A stretch of DNA of 64,000 nucleotides, taken from contig OZ242029.1 of the NCBI GenBank assembly GCA_965205015.1, positions 5,440,001 through 5,504,000 on the forward strand, written 5' to 3'. Source of the stretch: Candidatus Poribacteria bacterium (lineage in GTDB: Bacteria; Poribacteria; WGA-4E; WGA-3G). Shown in pieces: positions 29,301 to 38,639 of this stretch (its first letter is position 1; each line of letters begins with the position of its first letter). Made by a program: the position numbers and the translations under genes. Below the pieces are notes generated by a model. It had not been told where the DNA came from and did not search any database. It worked only from the letters and a program-made list of their open reading frames with translations.

Positions 29301-30107
29301 TTAATTCCCAAACTTCTGGGCGATATGCGTCAAATCGAGAATATTAACGGTGCCATCAGCGTTTAGATCTGCCTTCGGATCTGACTGCCCAAAGCGGGAA
29401 GCGACAAAGACGAGGTCTAAGATATTGATAGCTCCATCGGCGTTCACGTCACAAGGCCTCTCGGTCGCGGGCAAATGCGAACTTACCAATTCAAAGACAA
29501 TATCCTGATCCGTTTCAAATTTAACGGGTCCGAGATTCGGTGCAAGCCATTGATAGGAGATAGAGTAACTTGTGCCTAAAGCAGCAGCGGTTTTCGTGTG
29601 CATTCGAATTTTTAAGCAGTCCTTAAATGTCCCCGCCGGTGTCGTTACGTCCTGAATAGCAATAACCTCGTTCACACTGGAGAGCGTAACGGCACCGACT
29701 ATACTCACTTTGGTTTCGCCTTGTGTCTCCCATATCTCACCGAGTTGAAGCGTCGGCGGGAAAAATACGGCAGATGGTGAGAATTCCACACGAGCTACAC
29801 CGAAAACGTCCCCAAGTTCGGCAACAATTCTATGGAGCTTCATACCTTCCTCGCCGATTTCCACAAGGAAAGTGCTCGTTTTGAGAGTGCTTGTGCCTAA
29901 TACTTCTGTGGCGATTTCCAGGATACGGACCTGCGCGCCGTTGAAAGGTTCATCGGCAGCTTCAATTTTGTAAGTGATACGCTCAGCACCGTCTGTGCTC
30001 TCCAAAACCCACGTATTCCCGATATCAGTAGGGTAATAATTCTGAGCATCCGCCATGTTGGCGAAAGCACAGAGCAGTGCAAGGAGCAGAACAGTATTTC
30101 TGACCAT
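29301..30107 (-). CDS. Secreted protein: DUF3108-like beta domain plus dockerin-like domain
   Basis: Signal peptide, QNYYPTDIGNTW, VTTPAGTFKDC, WLAPNLGPVK; twin DVNADGAINILDL / DLNADGTVNILDL. Confidence 0.8.
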   Translation of the reverse strand: MVRNTVLLLALLCAFANMADAQNYYPTDIGNTWVLESTDGAERITYKIEAADEPFNGAQVRILEIATEVLGTSTLKTSTFLVEIGEEGMKLHRIVAELGDVFGVARVEFSPSAVFFPPTLQLGEIWETQGETKVSIVGAVTLSSVNEVIAIQDVTTPAGTFKDCLKIRMHTKTAAALGTSYSISYQWLAPNLGPVKFETDQDIVFELVSSHLPATERPCDVNADGAINILDLVFVASRFGQSDPKADLNADGTVNILDLTHIAQKFGN

Positions 30108-30233
30108 TTGATTCTCCTTTGTCAAAGTTGGTACGGTTACAATTATTATACCACTCAGAATAGCGAAGTGTCATAAAAAAACGCCTTGATGAAAACACCA
30201 AGGCGTTCGCGTGCATTATGTTCGCTGCGTTTC

Positions 30234-32285
30234 CTACTTGAGGATAACCATCCGTCGGGTCGCAGCGAAATCTGACGTCTGGAGCGTATAGAAGTAGATA
30301 CCACTCGCGACACGTTCGCCGACTGCGTTTTTACCATCCCAGTACGCAGCACTCGACGGCGTCATATACGAACCTATCGGCTGCCAACCCAAATCCAACG
30401 AACGAACCAAGCGACCCGATACGTCATAGATAGCGATCTTCACTTCTGTCGCTTTGCTCAACTGATAGGGAATCCATGTCTCTGGATTGAACGGATTCGG
30501 GAAGTTCTGCGCCAGTAACGTGTCTTGCGGCTGCACATCTCCAACATTCAGTTGCAGACTCAGGAACGCGTTGCGAATGTCCCCGGTCGTCACCGTGCGT
30601 TGGAACGGACCCGAGACGATTCTGTTGTTGTCGTCGTAAAGTGCGACCTTGAGTTTATCACCCGCTTCAACGACGCTCTTACGGTTCAGGTCTGCCCAAA
30701 CAGCAGAGGAACGTCTTGCTGTGCTTGTGACGTTCTCCGTGGCAATCGTGCCGGTGCGGAGGTTCTCTGCGACGAGGGTATATGCTGTGCCAGTTTCCAT
30801 GCCTTGGATGTCACTGGTCACGATGAACGCCCATGCGCTTTTATAGGTTGAAAGTGCGGGAGCGGCGGGAGCGTCATCTCCACCGGCATCAGTTGCATCA
30901 GCGGCGGCATCTCCACCTTCGGCATCTGTGGCGGCATCATCTCCACCAGCGTCGTCTCCCTCAGCAGCCTCTCCGCCAGCATCAGCAGCATCTTCTCCAT
31001 CAGGGGTATCACCCCCAGCATCAACGGCATCCCCTTCTTCAGCAGCATCGTCACCGGCATCTGCAGCGTCTGGCGCATCGTCCTCAGCCTCTGCATCAGG
31101 GACCTCTTCTTCAACGGCGGGTTCCTCAACAACTGCCTCTGGGGCAGGTTCTTCAACAGGTGTTTTTTCGGGTTCAGGCTGTTCAGGCTGGTTATCCCAC
31201 GCATCACCTGTGAACTTTACCATGCCACCAGACGGTGTATTGACGATATAACCTTTGTCCCCCGCAATGCCAAAGCCATCACCTTCATCAGCAACCGTGT
31301 AACCCACAAAACGCTGCGTTGCCGCATCAAGTTGAATAACGGCTGTCGCGTCCAGCATTTCTGCCAACGATTTTGCGGTGTAGGGTTCCGCCGGCATCAG
31401 TGGGATCGAAATCATGTTCAGTCCGGGTTCGAGCGTGACATCAAAACCGGGACCTTCCACAACGGGTTCCGGCATCGGTTCTTCAGGCGTTTCAGCGGGT
31501 GCCTCCTCAGTGGAGAGCGTTTCTTCAACGGATGGGACCTCTTCAGCAGGGGTAACCTCCTCAGCGGCGGGTGTCTCCTCAGCAGGAGTTTCCTCGACAA
31601 CGGGTGCTTCTTCGGCAGCGGGTGCCTCAACAAGATTGTAACTTTCCAGTTCAAAAACAATTTCGTTTGTATCCTGGAATTTAACGGGACCCATATCCGG
31701 TGCAAGCCATAGGAACTCATGCTCACGTATAACGGTAAGTGCCGTGACGGCTTTTCGGTTCGTCTCGATCTTAACACAATCTTTAAATACGCCGAGCGGG
31801 GTTTCAACGTCCTCGATTGCAATAACCTCTAAAGTGCTGGTAGTGGTCGCTGCGCCCACCAGTTTCAGGACTGTTTCCGTCACAATCTCCCACGCCTGTC
31901 CCACTGGTAGCGCGGCGGGGAAATTCGTAACCGGTAGATCCCACGTCGCCTCGGCGATGCCAAACGCACCTCGGTCGAAGGCAACTTGATGGAGTAGAAT
32001 CTCTCCATCTGCCGCAACCGTTACCCAGGACTTGTCAAACGCGATTGTGTCTGTTCCGACTGTCTCCTTGGTGATTTTCAGGAGGATAAACCCTTCACCC
32101 TCAACAGTTCCGGGTGCCTCAAAGCTATAGATGCGTCGCTCTGCACCGTCGGCACTTAAGAGAGCCCACGTATTGCCGACCGTCGCCGGAAAATATGTTT
32201 GTGCCATCGCTGTAGGTGCGAAACTACAGACGAGGCTTAGCACTAAGAGGGGTGTCAACCAAAACATAAATTTGGTAGTTTTCAT
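30234..32285 (-). CDS. Secreted protein: same N-terminal domain, acidic linkers, FlgD-Ig/T9SS-like C-terminal domain
   Basis: QTYFPATVGNTW, VETPLGVFKDC, WLAPDMGPVK; C-terminal QNFPNPFNPETWIPYQL...WDGKNAVGERVASGIYFY...RRMVILK. Confidence 0.85.
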   Translation of the reverse strand: MKTTKFMFWLTPLLVLSLVCSFAPTAMAQTYFPATVGNTWALLSADGAERRIYSFEAPGTVEGEGFILLKITKETVGTDTIAFDKSWVTVAADGEILLHQVAFDRGAFGIAEATWDLPVTNFPAALPVGQAWEIVTETVLKLVGAATTTSTLEVIAIEDVETPLGVFKDCVKIETNRKAVTALTVIREHEFLWLAPDMGPVKFQDTNEIVFELESYNLVEAPAAEEAPVVEETPAEETPAAEEVTPAEEVPSVEETLSTEEAPAETPEEPMPEPVVEGPGFDVTLEPGLNMISIPLMPAEPYTAKSLAEMLDATAVIQLDAATQRFVGYTVADEGDGFGIAGDKGYIVNTPSGGMVKFTGDAWDNQPEQPEPEKTPVEEPAPEAVVEEPAVEEEVPDAEAEDDAPDAADAGDDAAEEGDAVDAGGDTPDGEDAADAGGEAAEGDDAGGDDAATDAEGGDAAADATDAGGDDAPAAPALSTYKSAWAFIVTSDIQGMETGTAYTLVAENLRTGTIATENVTSTARRSSAVWADLNRKSVVEAGDKLKVALYDDNNRIVSGPFQRTVTTGDIRNAFLSLQLNVGDVQPQDTLLAQNFPNPFNPETWIPYQLSKATEVKIAIYDVSGRLVRSLDLGWQPIGSYMTPSSAAYWDGKNAVGERVASGIYFYTLQTSDFAATRRMVILK

Positions 32286-32427
32286 AACCGAAATCTCCTT
32301 TTCTCAAAAGATACTCATTTGAATAATACTTACAATAGCAGGACGGACGCAATTTTGACCATAGGCAGCTTTGTTAGCGGGAGAACCCGAAGAAAACACA
32401 GATGTTCTCGTGGCACAACCTAACAGG

Positions 32428-32676
32428 TTATGCTACAAAAGAGCAGCATGCGCACGTCCTAAATAGATAATATTGTCCGAGCGAACGCTCGCGCGGGAAG
32501 ATGGAGGCGGCACGTGGTTCATCAACGCGCGAGTCTTTTGTGTTAGAACGCTGACGCCATCCCTCTGGCGAAAGATCATCGTGTTCTGAGACGTATCGAT
32601 ACCCAAACCAGATTCCGATCGCCATCACCAGCGCGACGATGATAACAACAACTAATGCCACTTTCCAACTTACCAT
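32428..32676 (-). CDS. Small single-TM hypothetical protein
   Basis: Strong N-terminal hydrophobic helix; co-oriented with neighbours. Confidence 0.5.
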   Translation of the reverse strand: MVSWKVALVVVIIVALVMAIGIWFGYRYVSEHDDLSPEGWRQRSNTKDSRVDEPRAASIFPRERSLGQYYLFRTCACCSFVA

Positions 32677-32777
32677 GCAGATTTATCCAAATCTTGTGTA
32701 ATGATGCTCAAATATTAGCAGATTTATTAAAGGTTTTCAACAAAAAATATCAGATTCGGACCCGCATTACGGGATTC

Positions 32778-32894
32778 TTATAGTAAAACCTACAATTAAG
32801 TTTACACACTCTAATGTGGCGAGGTTCGGAAACCTCGCCAGCAAGGGGGGTTGTGTTTTCGAGAGTGCCCAAGTATTTTCGGGCTTTACTATAA
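32778..32894. mobile_element. MITE-like element family 1, copy B
   Basis: TTATAGTAAAACC...GGGCTTTACTATAA termini, internal GGCGAGGTTCGGAAACCTCGCC hairpin. Confidence 0.8.
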
Positions 32895-32897
32895 AGA

Positions 32898-33872
32898 TCA
32901 ATTGCTGAAACTTTGTGCGATACGGACCACATCCAGAATGTTAACAGTGCCATCGCCGGTGACATCTGCGTCAGAATCGGATTCCCCGAAGCGAGTCGCC
33001 ACGAAAGTGAGGTCCAAGATATTCACAACACCGTCCCCTGTTACGTCGTAAGGGAGGGGTTCAGGTGGCGTGTCCTCCTGAGAAGGCTGTTCAGGAACAG
33101 TGTCACCCTTAGGAGATGTGTCAGGCATACCGTCTTCCTCAGGAGAGGGTTCGGATATAACGTCATTCTCTATGGTTTCAGATGCCTCAGGCACGGTTAG
33201 CAGGTTGGAACTCACCAAACCAAAAAGCAAGCCATCGCTGTTTTCGTATTGGACGGGACCTATATCGGGAGCGAACCATTGGTGCGTATTTGAATCAAGA
33301 TTTAAGAATCCGCCAGCAGTAAAATTCAAATCTATCTGCACCTTGGCGCAGTTCTGGAATGTTCCCGCCGGTGTGACCACGTCCTCAAATCCAACAACTT
33401 CAAAATCAGTAATACTTTCCCCAAGTATGGGGTTCGGTAGGATTTCCACTTTCACTTCTGCATCTCCCGCTATCTGCCATTTCTCTCCCAGTTCCAAGTG
33501 TAAAGGGAAAAACGTAACAGGTGTTGGAAACTCCGCAGTCACCAGAGCAGGAGGCTCTTTTAATTCAAAGATAGTTTTATGGAGTTCAATCGCTTCAGTA
33601 CCAACAGTCAAAAAATACGTATCAGTGTCAACCTCACCAGTGCTGAATTCCTCATTTCTAATCTTCAGTAGAATACGCGCTTCACCGTCAACCGTTTCGG
33701 GTCCCTCCAGGGTATAGGTGCTTTGTTCTTCACCATCAATGCTCTCCAACACCCATATATTGCCGACATCTGGTGGATAATAATTCTGTGCTGTTGCGCA
33801 AAACACAAAGAAATGAATGAGACTCAAGACCAAAACAGGTTTGAGCCACTGTAAAAATGCGGTTTTTTTCAT
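32898..33872 (-). CDS. Secreted protein: same N-terminal domain plus dockerin-like domain
   Basis: QNYYPPDVGNIW, VVTPAGTFQNC, WFAPDIGPVQ; DVTGDGVVNILDL / DVTGDGTVNILDV. Confidence 0.82.
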   Translation of the reverse strand: MKKTAFLQWLKPVLVLSLIHFFVFCATAQNYYPPDVGNIWVLESIDGEEQSTYTLEGPETVDGEARILLKIRNEEFSTGEVDTDTYFLTVGTEAIELHKTIFELKEPPALVTAEFPTPVTFFPLHLELGEKWQIAGDAEVKVEILPNPILGESITDFEVVGFEDVVTPAGTFQNCAKVQIDLNFTAGGFLNLDSNTHQWFAPDIGPVQYENSDGLLFGLVSSNLLTVPEASETIENDVISEPSPEEDGMPDTSPKGDTVPEQPSQEDTPPEPLPYDVTGDGVVNILDLTFVATRFGESDSDADVTGDGTVNILDVVRIAQSFSN

Positions 33873-34019
33873 GCTTCAATTCTCCCTTTGTTGACTTTTT
33901 CCAAGCTTCGTGTGATAATACGAGTATATTACTATATCTGTTGCAATTTTGCAAGGAAAGAAAAGAGCGCAGGATTGACTTGTCTGCGTGCCACAAAAAA
34001 CAGTAAAAGGAGAACATAG

Positions 34020-34751
34020 ATGCGTTTAGAAGGACAGGTTGCGATTGTTACGGGGGGTGGCGGAGGTATTGGGAAAGCAACGTGTCTCGCGTTCGCCAAA
34101 GAAGGTGCGGATATTGTCATCCCTGAAGTGAACTTAGCGAACGCGGAAGCGGCTTCAGCGGAAATAACTGCGCTCGGTAGGCAGTGTCGAGTGATTGAAA
34201 CGGATGTAGCGGACGGTAATTCTGTGCGTCAGATGGTTCAGGAAACACTCGACACATTCGGACGGATCGATATTTTAGTCAACAATGCTGGTATTTTTAG
34301 TTATACGCGTATCGATGCATGCACGGAAGCAGAATGGGACCGGATGATGGCTGTAAATCTCAAAGGTCCATTTCTCTGTTCACAGGCGGTCATGGAAACG
34401 ATGAAAACACAACGCTCTGGACGGATCATCAATCTCGGTTCGTTGGCGGGACAGGTCGGAGGTTTGGTCGCGTCTGCCCCGTATTCCGCCTCAAAAGCGG
34501 GTGTCATGTGCCTGACGAAATCGCTGGCACGCGTGCTTGGCGAGTACGGAATTACGGTGAACTCCATCGCACCGGGGGTCGCAGCAACGGAGATGGCGAA
34601 AAATCATCCCGATATGACAGATCAGATCCCACTGGGACGCGTCGCCGATGCGTCAGAAATAGCAACTGCTATCCTCTTTCTCGCCTCGGAAGAGGGGCAG
34701 TATGTGACGGGCGCGACGCTTGATGTCAACGGTGGAATACGGATGGCGTAA
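34020..34751 (+). CDS. SDR family oxidoreductase (FabG-like)
   Basis: TGGGGGIG, NNAG, YSASK, VNGG. Confidence 0.93.
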   Translation: MRLEGQVAIVTGGGGGIGKATCLAFAKEGADIVIPEVNLANAEAASAEITALGRQCRVIETDVADGNSVRQMVQETLDTFGRIDILVNNAGIFSYTRIDACTEAEWDRMMAVNLKGPFLCSQAVMETMKTQRSGRIINLGSLAGQVGGLVASAPYSASKAGVMCLTKSLARVLGEYGITVNSIAPGVAATEMAKNHPDMTDQIPLGRVADASEIATAILFLASEEGQYVTGATLDVNGGIRMA

Positions 34752-34765
34752 AAAGGAGAAAAAAT

Positions 34766-35773
34766 ATGGAATATAGAACACTTGGACGAGCAGGCGTAAA
34801 GGTCTCACCGCTCTGCCTCGGCACTATGATGTTCGGGGGACCAACGAACGAAAAGGATTCTATTCGGATTATCCACAAGGCTTTGGACGCGGGCATTAAC
34901 TTTATGGACACAGCGAACGTCTATAACGATGGCGAATCGGAACGGATTATCGGGAAAGCCGTTCGCGAAAACCGAGAGAAATGGGTCATTGCCACGAAAG
35001 TTCACGGCAATATGGGAGATGATGTGAATGCAGCGGGTTCACACCGATTCCATATCATGTCGGCAGTCGAAGCAAGTCTGAAACGTCTTGATACAGATCA
35101 CATCGATGTCTATTACTTGCACCGCTGGGATGCCTCAACGCGAATAGCGGAATCGCTACGGGCTTTGGACGATTGCGTGCGACAGGGAAAGGTGCGTTAT
35201 ATTGCGTGTTCCAACTTTCAGGCGTGGCGTATTTGCGAGGCACTCTGGACGAGCGAAAAACAGGGACTGGAAGAATTTGTGTGTGTCCAACCCCTTTACA
35301 ACATTGTTAACCGAGATCCCGAGGTAGAGTTGTTGCCGTTCTGCGAAAAGTATGGTGTGGGGGTTGTGCCGTATAGTCCATTGGCGCGAGGCGTGCTGGC
35401 TGGAAAGTACCTGCCTGGCAAAGAGCCGCCTGCGGGTTCACGCGCAGCACGCAAGGATAGACGCATTTTGCAGACGGAACTTCGTGAGGAAAGTTATGAG
35501 GTCGCGCAACAACTCAAACCGCTGGCAGATGCACACGGGAAAACGTTGACGCAATTTTCGTTGGCGTGGGTGCTGGCGAATCCGATCATTACCTCTGCTA
35601 TCATTGGACCGCGCACGATGCACCAATTAGAGGATAACTTGGGGTCTTTAGATTGCACGCTCACGGAAGATGACGAGGCGGCGATCAACGCATTGGTGCC
35701 ACCGGGTGAACATACCGGTAAAGGGTATAACGATCCGGCGTATCCGGTGCTGGGGCGGTCAATAACGGGTTAG
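34766..35773 (+). CDS. Aldo/keto reductase
   Basis: VSPLCLGTMMFG, DTANVY, ATK, YYLHR, YSPLARG. Confidence 0.95.
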   Translation: MEYRTLGRAGVKVSPLCLGTMMFGGPTNEKDSIRIIHKALDAGINFMDTANVYNDGESERIIGKAVRENREKWVIATKVHGNMGDDVNAAGSHRFHIMSAVEASLKRLDTDHIDVYYLHRWDASTRIAESLRALDDCVRQGKVRYIACSNFQAWRICEALWTSEKQGLEEFVCVQPLYNIVNRDPEVELLPFCEKYGVGVVPYSPLARGVLAGKYLPGKEPPAGSRAARKDRRILQTELREESYEVAQQLKPLADAHGKTLTQFSLAWVLANPIITSAIIGPRTMHQLEDNLGSLDCTLTEDDEAAINALVPPGEHTGKGYNDPAYPVLGRSITG

Positions 35774-35818
35774 GGCAAGTGGGTGTGGAACGGCGTTAGG
35801 ATTTGCGCAATTTTAGCG

Positions 35819-35845
35819 GTAGGTGCGGTTAGAAACCGCATCTAC
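35819..35845. terminator. GTAG-bounded hairpin between convergent genes
   Basis: GTAGGTGCGGTT-AGA-AACCGCATCTAC. Confidence 0.65.
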
Positions 35846-35878
35846 TGAGTTTAACCGCACACAGAAAAAAGGCTTTAT

Positions 35879-36760
35879 TCACCTGAGCCACGGTAAGATT
35901 CTGGAAAAGGCACGGGAATCCTCCTTGACGAGGAAGAAATTTCTCTTCGGCGAGTCAGAAAGTTTTTTACATCGCCGGATAGAATATTTCCTGATCTCAT
36001 AAAGTTGATACCCTAAATCTGAAACGTAATTTTCTATGTCTGCGAACAAAGTGCGATTCGTTTCACCAACATCTTTCAACTCCGCCATTAAGAGCGGCGC
36101 GTGCGTTTTTAAGCAGTGCGTTCCGCCGCGTAACACCTCTAATTGATACCCTTCTACATCAATCTTGATGAAATCCGGAATTGGGAGTTCGCGGATGAGG
36201 TTGTCAATTGTATCAAGCGTTACGCGTTCCGATGCCGTTCGTCCATTGGCATACTTTAAGGACGCCGTGCCTTCGGTAAGTCCTGCCTCAGCGTAGTAAA
36301 GATGCCGTTGTTCTGTGTTGTCGCTGAGTCCTTTATTGACAACAGTAACATTTGCAAACCGATTCAGAGAGACATTCTCGCTGAGGTAGCCACAGGTGCG
36401 TAAGGCAGGTTCAAACGCGACGACAGCACCAGCACTCTCAACCCGTGAGGCGAGGAGACATGTATAAAATCCGATGTTCGCGCCGATGTCCCAACAGATG
36501 TCTCCCGGTTGAATCATCCGCAAGAGTTTGGTAACGACATGCCGCTCATCATGCGTCCCGTAAAAATAGAGGTATTGGTGCTCAGGATTCGCAAGATTGG
36601 CTTTCAATCGGAACCCGTACTTGGTGTCAAAAACAGCGATCAGGTCCTCAGGCGTAATCAAACCCCGTGTTAAGTTTAGCAGCAAACGCTTACCGTCAGT
36701 AATTGGGGACCATCGGAGATAGCCGCGAACAAGAGCGTTGAGAGGCAGGTTCATCCCCAC
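35879..36760 (-). CDS. FkbM family methyltransferase
   Basis: WDIGANIG, AFEP, FIKIDVEG. Confidence 0.92.
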   Translation of the reverse strand: MGMNLPLNALVRGYLRWSPITDGKRLLLNLTRGLITPEDLIAVFDTKYGFRLKANLANPEHQYLYFYGTHDERHVVTKLLRMIQPGDICWDIGANIGFYTCLLASRVESAGAVVAFEPALRTCGYLSENVSLNRFANVTVVNKGLSDNTEQRHLYYAEAGLTEGTASLKYANGRTASERVTLDTIDNLIRELPIPDFIKIDVEGYQLEVLRGGTHCLKTHAPLLMAELKDVGETNRTLFADIENYVSDLGYQLYEIRKYSIRRCKKLSDSPKRNFFLVKEDSRAFSRILPWLR

Positions 36761-37569
36761 GTTTCAAGTCCTAACAACTTTCTGCCGAGTTCGGTCAGAT
36801 ACGCCGTATTGCCTGATTCATGCTCCTTCTCTGCACGTTCACCGCTGAAACCCGCCATACGTTCTTTCCAGGCATTGACCCGGCGTTGGCGTGCCTCCGG
36901 ATTCGCTTCTCCTGTCGGGGACATCGTGATGTATTGCGCGACCCGTGGCGCATCGGCAGTGTTAATGCCCGCACTATGCGGCAAGGCACTGTGCCAAATA
37001 ACGAGATCCCCGGCTTTGCCGGGCACTGGTACTGCGCCGAGTGCCACTAAATCTTGTTGTCTCGGGTCGGCATCTTTTGGAAGACCCTTTATCCACGCCT
37101 CAATCTTATTGTGGAACCCAGGGACACACGTAAATGCCCCTTGATCGGCGGCAGTATCGGTCAGATAAAGCACGCCTTGGACGTGGAAACGGAAAGGAAG
37201 GTCTACAGATGTATCCCAGTGGAGTCCTAAGTTTGTCCGTTCAAATTTTCCGGGAAGATTGGGTGGGCTCATGCTGGCACGGTCGAAACTCACCCACAGT
37301 TTTTCAGTTTCCCAAATTTCAGCGAACGCCTGATGGACACGCGGAAATTGACGAGTTGCCCACAGTGCCGGGTGCTGATAGATTTCTACCATGATGCTTT
37401 TACGAGGGGGGTCGGGATACCAAGTGTCCGGATCATTGGCATCCATCTCAAGGAAATCCCAGACGGCTTCTGCTACATTCTGTATTAATTCTGGGGGTGC
37501 CGCATCGCGGATGACGACATAACCGTTTTCTTCCCAGAACGCACGATCTTCGGAACTCAAAACAGCCAT
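36751..37569 (-). CDS. PhyH-family dioxygenase
   Basis: FWEENGYVVI, LHWD, GAFTCVPGFH, GDLVIWHSALPH; start set to MAVLSS (upstream extension is MITE DNA). Confidence 0.9.
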   Translation of the reverse strand: MAVLSSEDRAFWEENGYVVIRDAAPPELIQNVAEAVWDFLEMDANDPDTWYPDPPRKSIMVEIYQHPALWATRQFPRVHQAFAEIWETEKLWVSFDRASMSPPNLPGKFERTNLGLHWDTSVDLPFRFHVQGVLYLTDTAADQGAFTCVPGFHNKIEAWIKGLPKDADPRQQDLVALGAVPVPGKAGDLVIWHSALPHSAGINTADAPRVAQYITMSPTGEANPEARQRRVNAWKERMAGFSGERAEKEHESGNTAYLTELGRKLLGLETWG

Positions 37570-37612
37570 TTTTTCCTCCAATTGTATTGTACGGAAAGGA
37601 CTCGTCAGGAAA

Positions 37613-37732
37613 TTATGGTGAAGCCCACAATTAAGTTTACACGCTCTCATGTGGCGAGGTTCGGAAACCTCGCTATCGAGGTGGGAGCTTGTGTTTTCTA
37701 AAGTGTCCACGTATTTTCGGGTTTTACTATAA
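37613..37732. mobile_element. MITE-like element family 1, copy C
   Basis: TTATGGTGAAGCCC...GGGTTTTACTATAA; colinear with copy B throughout. Confidence 0.8.
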
Positions 37733-37746
37733 AATGTAGTAATATT

Positions 37747-38205
37747 TTACCCTAACCGGCGTAAAAAAGCAGAGAGAAAAATAACGATCAATCCTAAAAC
37801 TACAGTGAGGTTGAGCCACGGTGCTGGTTTTCTCTGAAATACATCGAAGACAGGATACGGGAACGTCAGGATAATCGCTAATGTGAATATTAAAAAGACA
37901 ATAAAAAGTTTCACACCCAACACGAGGATGTAGAGTGAGTAATCCGATATAAATGTTCCAGTGGCGGCAACTGCACGGGCGGCACGAAAGAAGGTGATGA
38001 AATTATATAATCCCGATATGAGGACGGTTAACAGTGCCGTCCAGACGACCCCGCTGAAACGTCTCAATGCGGATGAGATCAGTGCTTCCGGTTTAGGAAA
38101 CCGTTTGGCAATCGGGAGTAAAACAACCCGGAAAAAAAAGAATCCTCCTATCATCAGAACGACGGAGCCGACATGTATCCATTGCATCAACGATTTCAGA
38201 ATCAT
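37747..38205 (-). CDS. CopD/DUF4149-like 4-TM membrane protein
   Basis: WIHVGSVVLMIGG..F...VLLP, RRFS, ISGLYN, LGVK pattern. Confidence 0.7.
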   Translation of the reverse strand: MILKSLMQWIHVGSVVLMIGGFFFFRVVLLPIAKRFPKPEALISSALRRFSGVVWTALLTVLISGLYNFITFFRAARAVAATGTFISDYSLYILVLGVKLFIVFLIFTLAIILTFPYPVFDVFQRKPAPWLNLTVVLGLIVIFLSAFLRRLG

Positions 38206-38387
38206 CTTTTTATCTATTGAGTTTTCGCTCCGATTTTTTCCGATGTCGAAATCGGGTTTTCGATGCCTTTCAAGAACATCGAGGGTAATTATAAAGTCCC
38301 AAAGACACTATGGCAGAAGGGCAGCCGGTTTCGCCCACCAACTGCCCTTCTCCATTTTCTCGTTCTTATGTTCCAGCCCCTGCGATG

Positions 38388-38627
38388 TTACACCACTGGC
38401 TTCCCACCAACGGGGTCAAAACAGGCGCGTGCCTGCTTGCAAGCGTCTGGCGACACAAACTGATCGTCGGGTCCTACGTCTTTCATGGTGCAATTGCACC
38501 AATAGTGCGAACCCGGATTGTTCTCAACGAGGTTCTGCAAGTTGCCGCCCGGAATGTAAATCGCCTTCGTCCGAAGATATTGGCATATCGGACGATTAAA
38601 GATTGGAAGTGCTTTTCCTTGTAACAT
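38388..38627 (-). CDS. Small Cys-rich hypothetical protein downstream of molybdoenzyme genes
   Basis: AAGGAG RBS at upstream stop; CQYLRTK...YWCNCT...GPDD...C....C. Confidence 0.7.
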   Translation of the reverse strand: MLQGKALPIFNRPICQYLRTKAIYIPGGNLQNLVENNPGSHYWCNCTMKDVGPDDQFVSPDACKQARACFDPVGGKPVV

Positions 38628-38639
38628 ATCACTGCTCCT

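Noticed and set aside
30818-31251. His/Gln-rich and Ser/Ala-rich alternative-frame ORFs
   Set aside because: Shadow frames of the acidic low-complexity region of the 683-aa gene.
32290-32430. Possible riboswitch or ncRNA upstream of the 683-aa secreted protein
   Set aside because: Some pairing potential but no Rfam consensus I can recognise; would need a cmscan search.
32750-32965. ORF resembling the N-terminal extension of ORF 36751..37710 (EVSEPRH..CKLNC)
   Set aside because: Similarity comes from shared MITE DNA, not a protein family.
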